Source: Lysobacter sp. CFH 32150
GTDB lineage: Bacteria > Pseudomonadota > Gammaproteobacteria > Xanthomonadales > Xanthomonadaceae
NCBI RefSeq assembly: GCF_022758295.1
Contig: NZ_JALDWJ010000007.1
Span: 148,940-212,939 of the forward strand
Reading direction: 5' to 3'
DNA: 64,000 nt
Shown: piece by piece, positions 1 to 8,556 of the stretch
Layout: each line of letters begins with the position of its first letter
How positions within the stretch are numbered: position 1 is the stretch's first letter
Notes under the pieces: generated by a model
Databases searched by the model: none
What the model was told of the DNA's origin: nothing
The model's input: only the letters and a program-made list of their open reading frames with translations
Translations under genes and position numbers: made by a program

Positions 1-1729
1 GCACGATCGGTGACAACACGCCGACGTGGCGCGGGGTGCGGATCACGTGCACGCCTTCCGATTCGCCGAAGCGGCTGTCGGCATCGGCGAACACGAACAT
101 CTCGCCGCCGCGCGCGCGCACTTCCTGGATGTTGGACTTGACCTTCTCCAGCAGGCTGTCGTTCGGCGCGATCACCACCACCGGCATCGCGCTGTCGACG
201 AGCGCCAACGGTCCGTGCTTGAGTTCGCCGGCCGGATAGGCCTCGGCATGGATGTACGAAATTTCCTTCAGCTTCAACGCGCCCTCAAGCGCGATCGGAT
301 AGTGCATGCCGCGGCCGAGGAACAGCGCGTGCTGCTTCGGCGCGAAGCGGTCCGACCAGACGATGATCTGCGGCTCCAGGTTCAGCGCGTGCTGCACACT
401 GCCCGGCAGCTGGCGCAGCGCGTCGAGATAGCCGGTTTCCTGTTCCGCCGAGAGCAGCCCACGCAGTTTCGCGAGCGTGCCGGTGAGCACGAACAGCGCG
501 ACCAGCTGCGTGGTGAAGGCCTTGGTCGAAGCCACGCCGATCTCGGCACCGGCACGGGTGTAGTACACCAGCTTGCTCGCGCGCGGAATCGCGCTTTCCG
601 GCACGTTGCAGATCGACAGCGTCTTGTCGTGGCCGAGCGACTTGGCGTACTTGAGCGCTTCCATCGTGTCGAGGGTTTCGCCCGATTGCGAGATGGTCAC
701 GATCAGCTGCTTCGGGTTGGCGACGACCTTGCGATAGCGGTATTCGCTGGCGACTTCGACCGAACACGGCACGCCGGCGATCGCTTCGATCCAGTAACGC
801 GCGGTCAGGCCGGCGTAGTAACTGGTGCCACAGGCGAGGATCTGCACGGCTTCGACGTCGCGCAACACCGTCGCGGCGTCGCGACCGAACAGTTCCGGCG
901 TGAAGCCGTTGTTGTCGATCACCGCCTCGATGGTGTCGGCGACGGCGCGCGGCTGTTCGTGGATCTCCTTCTGCATGAAATGGCGATACGGGCCGAGCTC
1001 CAGCGAGGCCAGCGACACGTCGGAGACATGCACCTCGCGCTGCACCTCGTTGTCGGCGGCGTCGAACACGCGCACCGCCGTACGGGTGAGCTCGGCGGTG
1101 TCGCCCTCTTCGAGGAAGATCACCCGGCGCGTGGACGACACGATCGCGGAGACGTCGGAAGCGATGAAGTTCTCGCCTTCGCCGAGGCCGACCAGGAGCG
1201 GACAGCCCACGCGCGCGGCGACCATGCGCTCGGGATCGCGTTTGTCGATGACGGCGATGGCGTAAGCGCCGTCGAGTTCGCGCACGGCCTTCTGCAATGC
1301 CACGAGCAGATCATCGCCCTGCGTGCGGTAGTAATGGATCAGGTGCGCGATGACTTCGGTGTCGGTCTGCGACTCGAATTCGTAACCGAGCGCGCGCAGG
1401 CGTTCGCGCTGCTCCTCGTGGTTCTCGATGATGCCGTTGTGGACCAGTGCGAGCTCGCCGTGGCTGATGTGCGGGTGCGCATTGCCTTCGGTGACGCCGC
1501 CGTGCGTCGCCCACCGGGTGTGGCCGATGCCGAGCGTGGCGGTGAAATGCTCGGCCAGCGCCGCGGCTTCCATTTCAGCGACGCGACCAGTGCGACGCAC
1601 GCGACGCACTCCGCCATCGACGACCGCGATGCCGGCCGAATCGTAGCCGCGGTATTCCAATCGCTTCAGTCCTTCGATCAGGACCGGGACCACATCGCGA
1701 TTCGCGATCGCGCCAACGATGCCGCACAT
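1..1729 (-). CDS. glmS: Glutamine--fructose-6-phosphate aminotransferase GlmS. The C-terminus is truncated by the window edge. The N-terminus reads [13 protein letters not shown]... from the reverse complement, with the start codon at about 1727-1729.
   Basis: Reverse-complement translation gives the class-II glutaminase N-terminus (MCGIVG) and two SIS domains. It runs off the window, so it is absent from the ORF track. The plus-strand ORF 26..1762 is its antisense shadow. Confidence 0.9.
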   Translation of the reverse strand, partial: MCGIVGAIANRDVVPVLIEGLKRLEYRGYDSAGIAVVDGGVRRVRRTGRVAEMEAAALAEHFTATLGIGHTRWATHGGVTEGNAHPHISHGELALVHNGIIENHEEQRERLRALGYEFESQTDTEVIAHLIHYYRTQGDDLLVALQKAVRELDGAYAIAVIDKRDPERMVAARVGCPLLVGLGEGENFIASDVSAIVSSTRRVIFLEEGDTAELTRTAVRVFDAADNEVQREVHVSDVSLASLELGPYRHFMQKEIHEQPRAVADTIEAVIDNNGFTPELFGRDAATVLRDVEAVQILACGTSYYAGLTARYWIEAIAGVPCSVEVASEYRYRKVVANPKQLIVTISQSGETLDTMEALKYAKSLGHDKTLSICNVPESAIPRASKLVYYTRAGAEIGVASTKAFTTQLVALFVLTGTLAKLRGLLSAEQETGYLDALRQLPGSVQHALNLEPQIIVWSDRFAPKQHALFLGRGMHYPIALEGALKLKEISYIHAEAYPAGELKHGPLALVDSAMPVVVIAPNDSLLEKVKSNIQEVRARGGEMFVFADADSRFGESEGVHVIRTPRHVGVLSPIV

Positions 1730-1776
1730 GTTCTGCAGATTCCTTGCCAGGCCGGCGCCTAGTGTAGCCGGCACGC

Positions 1777-1818
1777 CGTCCGCGGACGCCGCAGTGTCCG
1801 CGCGGACGCCCTGTCCGC
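1777..1818 (+). promoter_or_regulatory. Candidate upstream activator sequence. Two perfect 12-bp palindromes, CGTCCGCGGACG (1777-1788) and GTCCGCGCGGAC (1796-1807), plus a third GTCCGC half-site at about 1813.
   Basis: Palindromes read directly. They lie 50-90 bp upstream of a sigma-54 -24/-12 element, and the cluster encodes its own sigma-54 enhancer-binding protein. Confidence 0.4.
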
Positions 1819-1852
1819 CCACGGCAAACCCATAAGAATCAATCAGTTGAAG

Positions 1853-1869
1853 TTGGCACGCGCCTTGCT
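1853..1869 (+). promoter_or_regulatory. Sigma-54 (RpoN) promoter TGGCAC-N5-TTGC, 40 nt upstream of the HlyD-family gene.
   Basis: The sequence gTTGGCACgcgccTTGCttt has GG and GC at canonical -24/-12 spacing. Confidence 0.6.
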
Positions 1870-1908
1870 TTACTTCTAGCAAGACCGTACTCGCGCAACA
1901 GGACCCGC

Positions 1909-3195
1909 ATGAGCATTCGTGACACTTCCGGACAGGACCGCGTAGTCGCCTCGGCACCCGCCGAAGTGCGGAACCGCAAGCTGCGCCAGCGCCTGCTCGT
2001 GACCGCAGGCGGCGGCACTGTGGTGTTGCTCGCGGCATGGCTGATCATCGGTTGGGGCGCCGGCGCGCGTTCGCTCGATGCCTCGCGCGTTCGCATCGCC
2101 GAGGTCAAGCGCGGCGATCTGGTGCGCGACATTTCCGCCGACGGCCGCGTGATCGCGGCGAACAACCCGACCCTGTACGCGATCGCCGGCGGCACGGTCA
2201 CGCTGAAGGTCGTCGCCGGCGATGCGGTGAAGAAGGACCAGCCGCTGGCCGAGATCGACAGCCCGGAACTGCGCAGCAAGCTCGCGCAGGAGCAGGCGAC
2301 GCTGGCCGGCCTGGAAGCCGAAGTCAGCCGCGCCGGGCTCGATGCACAGCTGTCGCGGGCGAACGCACGCAAGTTGTTCGACCAGGCGCAGATCGATCGC
2401 CAGTCCGCGCTGCGCGACCTGGAACGCAACCAGCGCGCCTTCGACGGCGGCGCCGTAGCGCAGATCGACGTGGCGCGCGCCCAGGACAACCTGAAGAAGG
2501 CCGATATCGGCCTCGCTCATGCGCGCGGCGACCTCGGCCTGCAGAGCGAAGGCGCGGGCCTCGATACCCGCAACAAGCGCTTGCTCGCCGATCGCCAGCG
2601 CGCGGTCGTCGCCGAATTGCAGCGCCAGGTCGATGCGCTGACCTTGCGTGCGCCATTCGATGGCCAGGTGGGCCAGGTCATGGCAGCACAGCGTGCGAAT
2701 GTTGCAGTCAACGCACCGGTGTTGAGCGTGGTCGACCTCAAGGTGTTCGAAGTCGAGATCAAAGTGCCGGAAAGCTTTGCCCGCGATCTCGCCATCGGCA
2801 TGCCGGCACAACTCACCGGTTCAAGTGGCACCTTTGCCGCGCAGCTCTCGGCGATCTCGCCGGAAGTGGTCGGCGGCGAAGTCACCGGGCGGCTGCGTTT
2901 CAAGGGCAAGCAGCCTTCCGCGCTGCGCCAGAACCAGCGCCTCAGCGCACGCATCCTGCTCGATACGCGCCGCAACGTGCTGATGGTGGAGCGCGGCCCG
3001 TTCCTCGAGCAGAGCGGCGGCAACAGCGCCTACGTGATGGATGGCAACAGCGCAGTGAAGCGCGCGATCCGCACCGGCGTCAGCAGCCTCGACGCGGTGG
3101 AAATCCTCGAAGGACTACAGGCGGGCGACCGCGTCGTGGTCTCCGGCGCCGACGGTTTCGGCGATGCCGAACGTATTCGAATCTCTGGAGAGTAA
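1909..3195 (+). CDS. HlyD-family periplasmic adaptor (membrane fusion protein) of a tripartite ABC efflux pump.
   Basis: 428 aa with one N-terminal TM, a long coiled-coil ([29 protein letters not shown]...) and a C-terminal beta-barrel, which is MacA/HlyD-like. Confidence 0.85.
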   Translation: MSIRDTSGQDRVVASAPAEVRNRKLRQRLLVTAGGGTVVLLAAWLIIGWGAGARSLDASRVRIAEVKRGDLVRDISADGRVIAANNPTLYAIAGGTVTLKVVAGDAVKKDQPLAEIDSPELRSKLAQEQATLAGLEAEVSRAGLDAQLSRANARKLFDQAQIDRQSALRDLERNQRAFDGGAVAQIDVARAQDNLKKADIGLAHARGDLGLQSEGAGLDTRNKRLLADRQRAVVAELQRQVDALTLRAPFDGQVGQVMAAQRANVAVNAPVLSVVDLKVFEVEIKVPESFARDLAIGMPAQLTGSSGTFAAQLSAISPEVVGGEVTGRLRFKGKQPSALRQNQRLSARILLDTRRNVLMVERGPFLEQSGGNSAYVMDGNSAVKRAIRTGVSSLDAVEILEGLQAGDRVVVSGADGFGDAERIRISGE

Positions 3196-3197
3196 AC

Positions 3198-3410
3198 ATG
3201 AACACCCATTCCTTCCCCTTCGACCTGAGTTGGACGCCGCAAGACCTCGCCGACGCAGTGCCGCTGCGCCTGTCGGAACTGGTCGCCTTCGATGCTGGCG
3301 ACGTCGATGCAGCCAATGCAGCCGCGAGTGCCCCCATGCGGCGTGACTGGCGTCAGCGCAGTTACCTGCAGGCCGCCGAGTTGCCGGCATTCATCCGCAT
3401 CCGCCAATGA
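3198..3410 (+). CDS. Hypothetical small acidic protein (70 aa), translationally coupled to the adaptor gene.
   Basis: The ATG lies 2 nt after the HlyD TAA (gagTAAacATG). There is no TM. It sits in the same frame window as the spurious ORF 2037..3410. Confidence 0.4.
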   Translation: MNTHSFPFDLSWTPQDLADAVPLRLSELVAFDAGDVDAANAAASAPMRRDWRQRSYLQAAELPAFIRIRQ

Positions 3411-3417
3411 CACTGTT

Positions 3418-3502
3418 CTCGTCATTCCTGCGAAAGCAGGAATCCAACGACTTTGTCTCTACACGATAAGGCACTGGATCCCTGCTTTCGCAGGGATGAC
3501 GA
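3418..3502. repeat. Pair of inverted 28-bp hairpin repeats (ctcgtcattcctgcgaaagcaggaatcc / ggatccctgctttcgcagggatgacgag) flanking a 29-bp spacer, inside the operon.
   Basis: Each unit is itself a stem-loop and the two units are inverted relative to each other. This is REP/BIME-like and lies in the 130 bp gap between the small ORF and the ATPase. Confidence 0.6.
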
Positions 3503-3539
3503 GCAAAACAAAACCACATCCCATCCAAGGATCAAAGCC

Positions 3540-4271
3540 ATGCTGGACATGCAAGCCGTCTCCAAGGTCTATCGCACCGAACTCGTCGAAACCCACGCGC
3601 TGCGCTCGCTCGACCTGCATGTGCGTGAGGGCGAATTCGTCGCCGTCACCGGTCCGTCCGGCTCCGGCAAGACCACCTTCCTCAACATCGCCGGCCTGCT
3701 CGAAGACTTCACCGGCGGCACTTACAAACTCGATGGCGAGGACGTTCGCGGCATGTCCGACGATGCCCGCAGCAAGCTGCGCAATCGCAAGATCGGTTTC
3801 ATCTTCCAGAGCTTCAACCTGATCCCCGACCTCAACCTGTTCGACAACGTCGACGTGCCGCTGCGCTACCGCGGCATGACCGCTGCCGACCGCAAGCAAC
3901 GCATCGAGCAAGCGCTGGCGCAGGTGGGCCTGGGTTCGCGCATGAAGCACTACCCGACGGAACTCTCCGGCGGACAGCAGCAACGCGCCGCGATTGCGCG
4001 TGCACTCGCCGGCAGTCCGCGCCTGCTGCTCGCCGACGAACCCACCGGCAACCTCGATTCGCAGATGGCACGTGGCGTGCTGGAACTGCTCGAGGAGATC
4101 AACGCCAAGGGCACCACCATCGTGATGGTCACCCACGACCAGGAACTGGCCGCACGCGCACAACGCAACGTGCACATCGTCGACGGCATGGCTACCGATC
4201 TCTCGGTCGAACCGAGCCTGATCCGCGCGCGTGACCTCGCTGCGGCCGAATCCAACGCATCGATCGCGTAG
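3540..4271 (+). CDS. ABC transporter ATP-binding protein (MacB/LolD-type ATPase).
   Basis: Walker A GPSGSGKT, signature LSGGQQQRAAIARAL, and Walker B LLLADEPTGNLD. The start was moved from 3453 to the ATG at 3540, which has an AAGGA RBS. The upstream part of the ORF is encoded by the hairpin repeat. Confidence 0.9.
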   Translation: MLDMQAVSKVYRTELVETHALRSLDLHVREGEFVAVTGPSGSGKTTFLNIAGLLEDFTGGTYKLDGEDVRGMSDDARSKLRNRKIGFIFQSFNLIPDLNLFDNVDVPLRYRGMTAADRKQRIEQALAQVGLGSRMKHYPTELSGGQQQRAAIARALAGSPRLLLADEPTGNLDSQMARGVLELLEEINAKGTTIVMVTHDQELAARAQRNVHIVDGMATDLSVEPSLIRARDLAAAESNASIA

Positions 4272-4336
4272 GGCGGGTCTTGACCCGCCTTCCTGCAAAT
4301 CGATGAATCAAAAAAGCGGCGGGTCAAGACCCGCCC
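4271..4336. repeat. REP family A pair, GGGCGGGTCTTGACCCGCC and GGCGGGTCAAGACCCGCCC in inverted orientation.
   Basis: Palindromic units read directly. The same unit recurs at 17222-17323. The ATPase TAG stop abuts the first unit. Confidence 0.7.
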
Positions 4337-4349
4337 TACGGAGACCAGG

Positions 4350-5669
4350 ATGTTCGCTTATTACCTCGATCTCGCCCTGCGCAGCTTCCGCCGCAACAAG
4401 GTGCTGACCGCGCTGATGGTGCTGGCGATCGCGCTCGGCATCGGCGCCAGCATGACCACGCTCACGGTGTTCCATGTCCTGTCCGGGGATCCATTGCCGG
4501 GCAAGAGCAGCACGCTGTTCTACCCGCAGATGGACCCGACGAGCATGGATGGCTACGTTGCGGGCGAAGAACCCGACAGCCAACTCACCCGCTTCGATGC
4601 CGAAACCTTGTTGCGCCAGGCGCGGGGCGATCGCCAGGCGTTGATGACGGGCGGTGGCGTGGGCGTGCAACCGCAGAAGCAGGGGCTGTCGCCGTTCGCG
4701 ATCGAGGCGCGCTACACCTCCGCCGATTTCTTCCCGATGTTCGATGCACCGTTCCTCCATGGCAACGGCTGGAGCAAGACCGAGGACGAACGTCGCGATC
4801 GCGTCGCCGTCATCACCAAGCCGCTCAACGACAAGTTGTTCGACGGCGGCAACAGTGTCGGCAAGTCCGTGCGACTCGACGGGACCGACTTCCGCATCGT
4901 CGGTGTCGTCGCCGACTGGCGGCCGACGCCGAAGTTCTACGACCTCAATTCTGATCGCTACGGCGAGGTCGAACAGGTTTTTCTGCCCTTCTCCACCTCG
5001 CGCGACCTCAAGATGGGGCGTAACGGCAGCATGAACTGCTGGGACGCCGGCGACGACGCCGAAGACGATCCCGAAGGCGAAACCGGCGTCAACGCGCCCT
5101 GCACCTGGATGCAGTACTGGGTGCAACTCGACACGCCGGAAAAAGCCGAGGCCTACAAGAAGTACCTCACCAACTATTCCGACCAGCAGCGTGCGAGCGG
5201 CCGCTTCCAGCGTCCGACCAACGTGCGCCTGCGCAACCTGATGGAATGGCTGGACTTCAACGAGGTCGTGCCGAGCGACGTACGCCTGCAGGTGTGGCTG
5301 GCGTTCGGGTTCCTGCTGGTCTGCCTGCTCAACACCGTCGGCCTGCTGTTGGCGAAATTCATGCGGCGCAGCGGCGAAATCGGCGTACGTCGCGCGCTCG
5401 GGGCGTCCCGGCGCTCGATCTTCGCCCAGTGCCTGATCGAAGCGGGCACCGTCGGCCTCGTCGGCGGCATCCTCGGGCTCGGACTCGCAGCGCTCGGCCT
5501 ATGGGCGGTGCGTCAGCAACCCGCCAGCTATGCCGATCTTGCGCAACTCGACCCGGTGATGCTGTTGACCACGTTCGTGCTTGCCGTGGCTGCAAGCGTG
5601 CTGGCCGGGCTCGTGCCCGCCTGGCATGCCTGCCAGGTCACGCCCGCCATCCAGCTCAAGAGCCAGTGA
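4350..5669 (+). CDS. ABC transporter permease, FtsX/MacB-type, with an N-terminal TM, a large periplasmic domain and a C-terminal four-TM FtsX core.
   Basis: 439 aa. The topology is read from hydrophobic segments, and the motif GVRRALGASRRSIFAQ is typical of FtsX-family permeases. Confidence 0.85.
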   Translation: MFAYYLDLALRSFRRNKVLTALMVLAIALGIGASMTTLTVFHVLSGDPLPGKSSTLFYPQMDPTSMDGYVAGEEPDSQLTRFDAETLLRQARGDRQALMTGGGVGVQPQKQGLSPFAIEARYTSADFFPMFDAPFLHGNGWSKTEDERRDRVAVITKPLNDKLFDGGNSVGKSVRLDGTDFRIVGVVADWRPTPKFYDLNSDRYGEVEQVFLPFSTSRDLKMGRNGSMNCWDAGDDAEDDPEGETGVNAPCTWMQYWVQLDTPEKAEAYKKYLTNYSDQQRASGRFQRPTNVRLRNLMEWLDFNEVVPSDVRLQVWLAFGFLLVCLLNTVGLLLAKFMRRSGEIGVRRALGASRRSIFAQCLIEAGTVGLVGGILGLGLAALGLWAVRQQPASYADLAQLDPVMLLTTFVLAVAASVLAGLVPAWHACQVTPAIQLKSQ

Positions 5670-5677
5670 GGCCTGTC

Positions 5678-6910
5678 ATGCTTGATATCCGCCCCATCCT
5701 GTCGACCCTGCGTCGCCACAAGACCGCCTCCGCGCTGATCGTGCTTGAGATCGCATTGAGCTGCGCCATCATCTGCAACGCCCTGTTCCTGATCGGTGGT
5801 CGCCTCGAGCGCATGGAGCGCGTCAGCGGCATAGCCGAGAATGAAATGGTCCGCGTGTACATGACGGGCATCGGCAACGACGACAATGCCACTGCGCTGA
5901 CCAAGAGCGACCTCGCCGCGCTGCGTGGCCTGCCTGGCGTGAAGTTCGCCTCCGCCGCCAACCAGATCGTCTACGGCAACGGTTCCTGGAACAGCTCGGT
6001 CAACCTCACCAAGGACCAGACGCACCAGACGCTGAGCTCGACGATCTACATGGGCGACGAACAACTGCTCGACACCATGGGTCTTAACCTGGTGGCAGGC
6101 CGACGCTTCACGCCCGACGAGTTCGTCGAATGGGATGCACTTGCCGCGCCCAACAGCAAGGTCCAACCGCGGAGCGCGATCATCACCCGCAGCATGGCCG
6201 AGAAGCTGTTCCCGGGACAGAATCCGGTCGGCAAGCAGTTCTTCAGCTGGGGCGACGATCCGACCACCGTCGTGGGCATCGTCGAGCACCTGGTCCGCCC
6301 GAACGAACAGGGCGGTCCGACGGCGCACGAATACTCGATGCTGCTGCCGGTGCGCGTGCCCTACACCGTCGGCGGCAACTACCTGCTGCGCGTCGAGGAC
6401 CCGGCACTTCGCAGCGAGGTACTGAAGGCGGCGGTCGCAACGCTCCAACGCAACAATCCCAATCGCATCATCCTCGAGCAGCAGACGTTCACTACCCTTC
6501 GGGAACACTATTACCGCCAGGATCGGGCGATGGCCTGGTTGCTGGTGGCGGTGTCGATCGCACTGCTGGTCGTCACCGCGCTCGGCATCGTCGGCCTCGC
6601 CAGCTTCTGGGTGCAGCAGCGCACCAAGCAGATCGGTGTGCGGCGCGCGCTCGGGGCAACCCGCGGACAGGTCCTGCGCTACTTCCAGACCGAGAACTTC
6701 CTGCTCGCGACCATCGGAATCGTCATCGGCATGCTGCTCGCCTACGGCATCAACCAGTTGTTGATGGGCAAGTACGAATTGCCGCGGTTGCCGCTGCTGT
6801 ACCTACCGGTCGGCGCGGTGGTCCTGTGGTTGCTCGGACAACTGTCGGTGCTGGGTCCGGCGCGACGTGCCGCGGCGGTGCCGCCGGCAGTGGCTACACG
6901 CTCGGTTTGA
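5678..6910 (+). CDS. Second FtsX/MacB-type ABC permease, paralogous to the first.
   Basis: The start is taken at the ATG at 5678 (MLDIRPILSTLRRHK...) rather than 5246. It has the same architecture and a GVRRALGATRGQVL motif. Confidence 0.85.
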   Translation: MLDIRPILSTLRRHKTASALIVLEIALSCAIICNALFLIGGRLERMERVSGIAENEMVRVYMTGIGNDDNATALTKSDLAALRGLPGVKFASAANQIVYGNGSWNSSVNLTKDQTHQTLSSTIYMGDEQLLDTMGLNLVAGRRFTPDEFVEWDALAAPNSKVQPRSAIITRSMAEKLFPGQNPVGKQFFSWGDDPTTVVGIVEHLVRPNEQGGPTAHEYSMLLPVRVPYTVGGNYLLRVEDPALRSEVLKAAVATLQRNNPNRIILEQQTFTTLREHYYRQDRAMAWLLVAVSIALLVVTALGIVGLASFWVQQRTKQIGVRRALGATRGQVLRYFQTENFLLATIGIVIGMLLAYGINQLLMGKYELPRLPLLYLPVGAVVLWLLGQLSVLGPARRAAAVPPAVATRSV

Positions 6911-6931
6911 GGAAGCAGGTAACCTTGCACG

Positions 6932-8287
6932 ATGCCGACGATCCTGGTCATTGATGACAACCCCGCGGTTGCGACCGCACTGGAAACCCTGTTCTCGTTG
7001 CAGGCATTGACCACGCTGGCGGCATCGACGCCGCAGCGTGGGCTGGCCCTGCTCGAACGCGAACAGGTCGATCTCGTCGTGCAGGACATGAACTTCCAGG
7101 CCGACACCACGTCGGGCGAGGAAGGCGTGGCGCTGTTCGGCGAGATCCGCGCGCGCTTTCCGGACCTGCCCGTCGTACTGCTGACTGCATGGACGCACCT
7201 GGAAAGCGCGGTCGACCTGGTCAAGGCCGGCGCCGCCGATTACCTCGCCAAACCGTGGGACGACCGCAAGCTGCTGGCGACGGTCAACAACCTGCTGGAA
7301 CTGTCGGAGACGCGGCGCGAACTCGCACAGGTGCGCGCAGGCGAGCGCCGACGCCGCGACGAGCTCGCACGCGACTTCGACCTGCGCGGCTACGTGTTTG
7401 CCGACGCCGCGAGCGAACGCGTGCTGTCGCTGGCGTGCCGGGTCGCGCGCTCGGAACTGCCGGTGCTGATCACCGGCCCGAACGGCGCGGGCAAGGAGAA
7501 GATCGCCGAGATCGTGCACGCCAATTCGACGGTCAAGGATGGCCCGTTCGTCGCGCTCAACTGCGGTGCACTGCCGGGGGAGTTGATCGAGGCCGAGTTG
7601 TTCGGCAGCGAGGCCGGCGCGTACACGGGCGCCCAGCGCGCGCGCGAAGGCAAGTTCGAAGCGGCCGATGGCGGCACCCTGTTCCTCGACGAGATCGGCA
7701 CGTTGCCGCTGGCCGGACAGGTCAAGCTGCTGCGCGTGCTCGAAACCGGCCGCTTCCAGCGTCTTGGCAGCAACAAGGAACGCCAGGTCAGCGTGCGTGT
7801 GCTCAGCGCCACCAATGCCGACCTGCCCGCGCTGATCCGTGCAGGACACTTCCGCGAAGACCTGTTCTATCGCCTCAATGCGATCGAACTGCAGTTGCCG
7901 CCGCTCGCCGAACGCCGCGACGACATCCTGCCGCTGGCACGGCATTTCCTGCCCACGGGCAAACGCCTGACGGAAGATGCCGAGCGTGCGCTGCTGGCAC
8001 ATCGCTGGTCCGGCAACGTGCGTGAGTTGCGCAACGTGGTGCAGCGCGCTGCACTGCTTGCACGCGATGCGACGATCACCGCCGAAGCGCTCGGTTTGCC
8101 GACATCGACGCCGACCAATGGAAACCACGTCGTGTTCGACGAACCGGACCGCGTTGCGATCGAGGCTGCATTGCAACGTAATGGTGGCGTACTGGCACAA
8201 GCCGCGAGCGACCTCGGCCTGTCGCGGCAAGCGCTATACCGCCGATTGGAGCGCCTGGGCATCAAGCGCGACGAAGGCCGGGACTAG
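6932..8287 (+). CDS. Sigma-54-dependent response regulator, with REC, AAA+ enhancer-binding and Fis-type HTH domains (NtrC family).
   Basis: REC aspartate context (DLVVQDMNF), Walker A GPNGAGKE, a GAYTGA variant of GAFTGA, and a C-terminal HTH ([15 protein letters not shown]). Confidence 0.9.
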   Translation: MPTILVIDDNPAVATALETLFSLQALTTLAASTPQRGLALLEREQVDLVVQDMNFQADTTSGEEGVALFGEIRARFPDLPVVLLTAWTHLESAVDLVKAGAADYLAKPWDDRKLLATVNNLLELSETRRELAQVRAGERRRRDELARDFDLRGYVFADAASERVLSLACRVARSELPVLITGPNGAGKEKIAEIVHANSTVKDGPFVALNCGALPGELIEAELFGSEAGAYTGAQRAREGKFEAADGGTLFLDEIGTLPLAGQVKLLRVLETGRFQRLGSNKERQVSVRVLSATNADLPALIRAGHFREDLFYRLNAIELQLPPLAERRDDILPLARHFLPTGKRLTEDAERALLAHRWSGNVRELRNVVQRAALLARDATITAEALGLPTSTPTNGNHVVFDEPDRVAIEAALQRNGGVLAQAASDLGLSRQALYRRLERLGIKRDEGRD

Positions 8288-8551
8288 GGCCTGTTAACAC
8301 TTATGGAGCATGCCGCGTTGTTTCCCAACGGTCGTCAGGTGGTGTTGCACCGCGCAGCGCCTTGCCGCCTGCAAGGTCAAGCGGTGCGGCGCCGCATGGC
8401 GGCCGTTGGGAAACAACCCAAAGGGCCGGGCCTGAAGCCGCGCGGTGCCGCGTCATCGCTCGGTTGCGTATCGACATACGCGCCCTCACTCTTCCTTGCC
8501 CCGCGCGGCTTCAGGCCCGGCGCGGCATGCTCCATAAGTGTTAACAGGCCC
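8288..8551. mobile_element. MITE-like element copy 1, 264 bp, with 31-bp perfect terminal inverted repeats GGGCCTGTTAACACTTATGGAGCATGCCGCG and flanked by TAG on both sides.
   Basis: The TIRs and a nested internal long hairpin were read directly. It is homologous to the elements at 40390-40655 and 41011-41136, in inverted orientation. Confidence 0.6.
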
Positions 8552-8556
8552 TAGCA

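Noticed and set aside
26-1762. 578-aa plus-strand ORF
   Set aside because: It is antisense to glmS. The reverse-complement frame gives an unmistakable GlmS (MCGIVG...) running off the window, so this is a high-GC shadow ORF with Arg/Ala/Asp-rich nonsense composition.
1-1900. glmS ribozyme upstream of glmS
   Set aside because: The glmS riboswitch is a Gram-positive feature. The glmS upstream region here instead contains the sigma-54 promoter of the divergent cassette.
2037-3410. 457-aa plus-strand ORF overlapping the HlyD gene in another frame
   Set aside because: It is extremely Arg/Pro/Gly-rich and has no domain. It is the alternative frame of the adaptor gene, and only its last 70 codons (3198-3410) are considered as a possible real small ORF.
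5246-5677. N-terminal 144-codon extension of the second permease ORF
   Set aside because: It overlaps the 3' end of the first permease in another frame and is Arg/Pro-rich. A clean ATG at 5678 directly after the upstream stop gives a normal FtsX-permease N-terminus.
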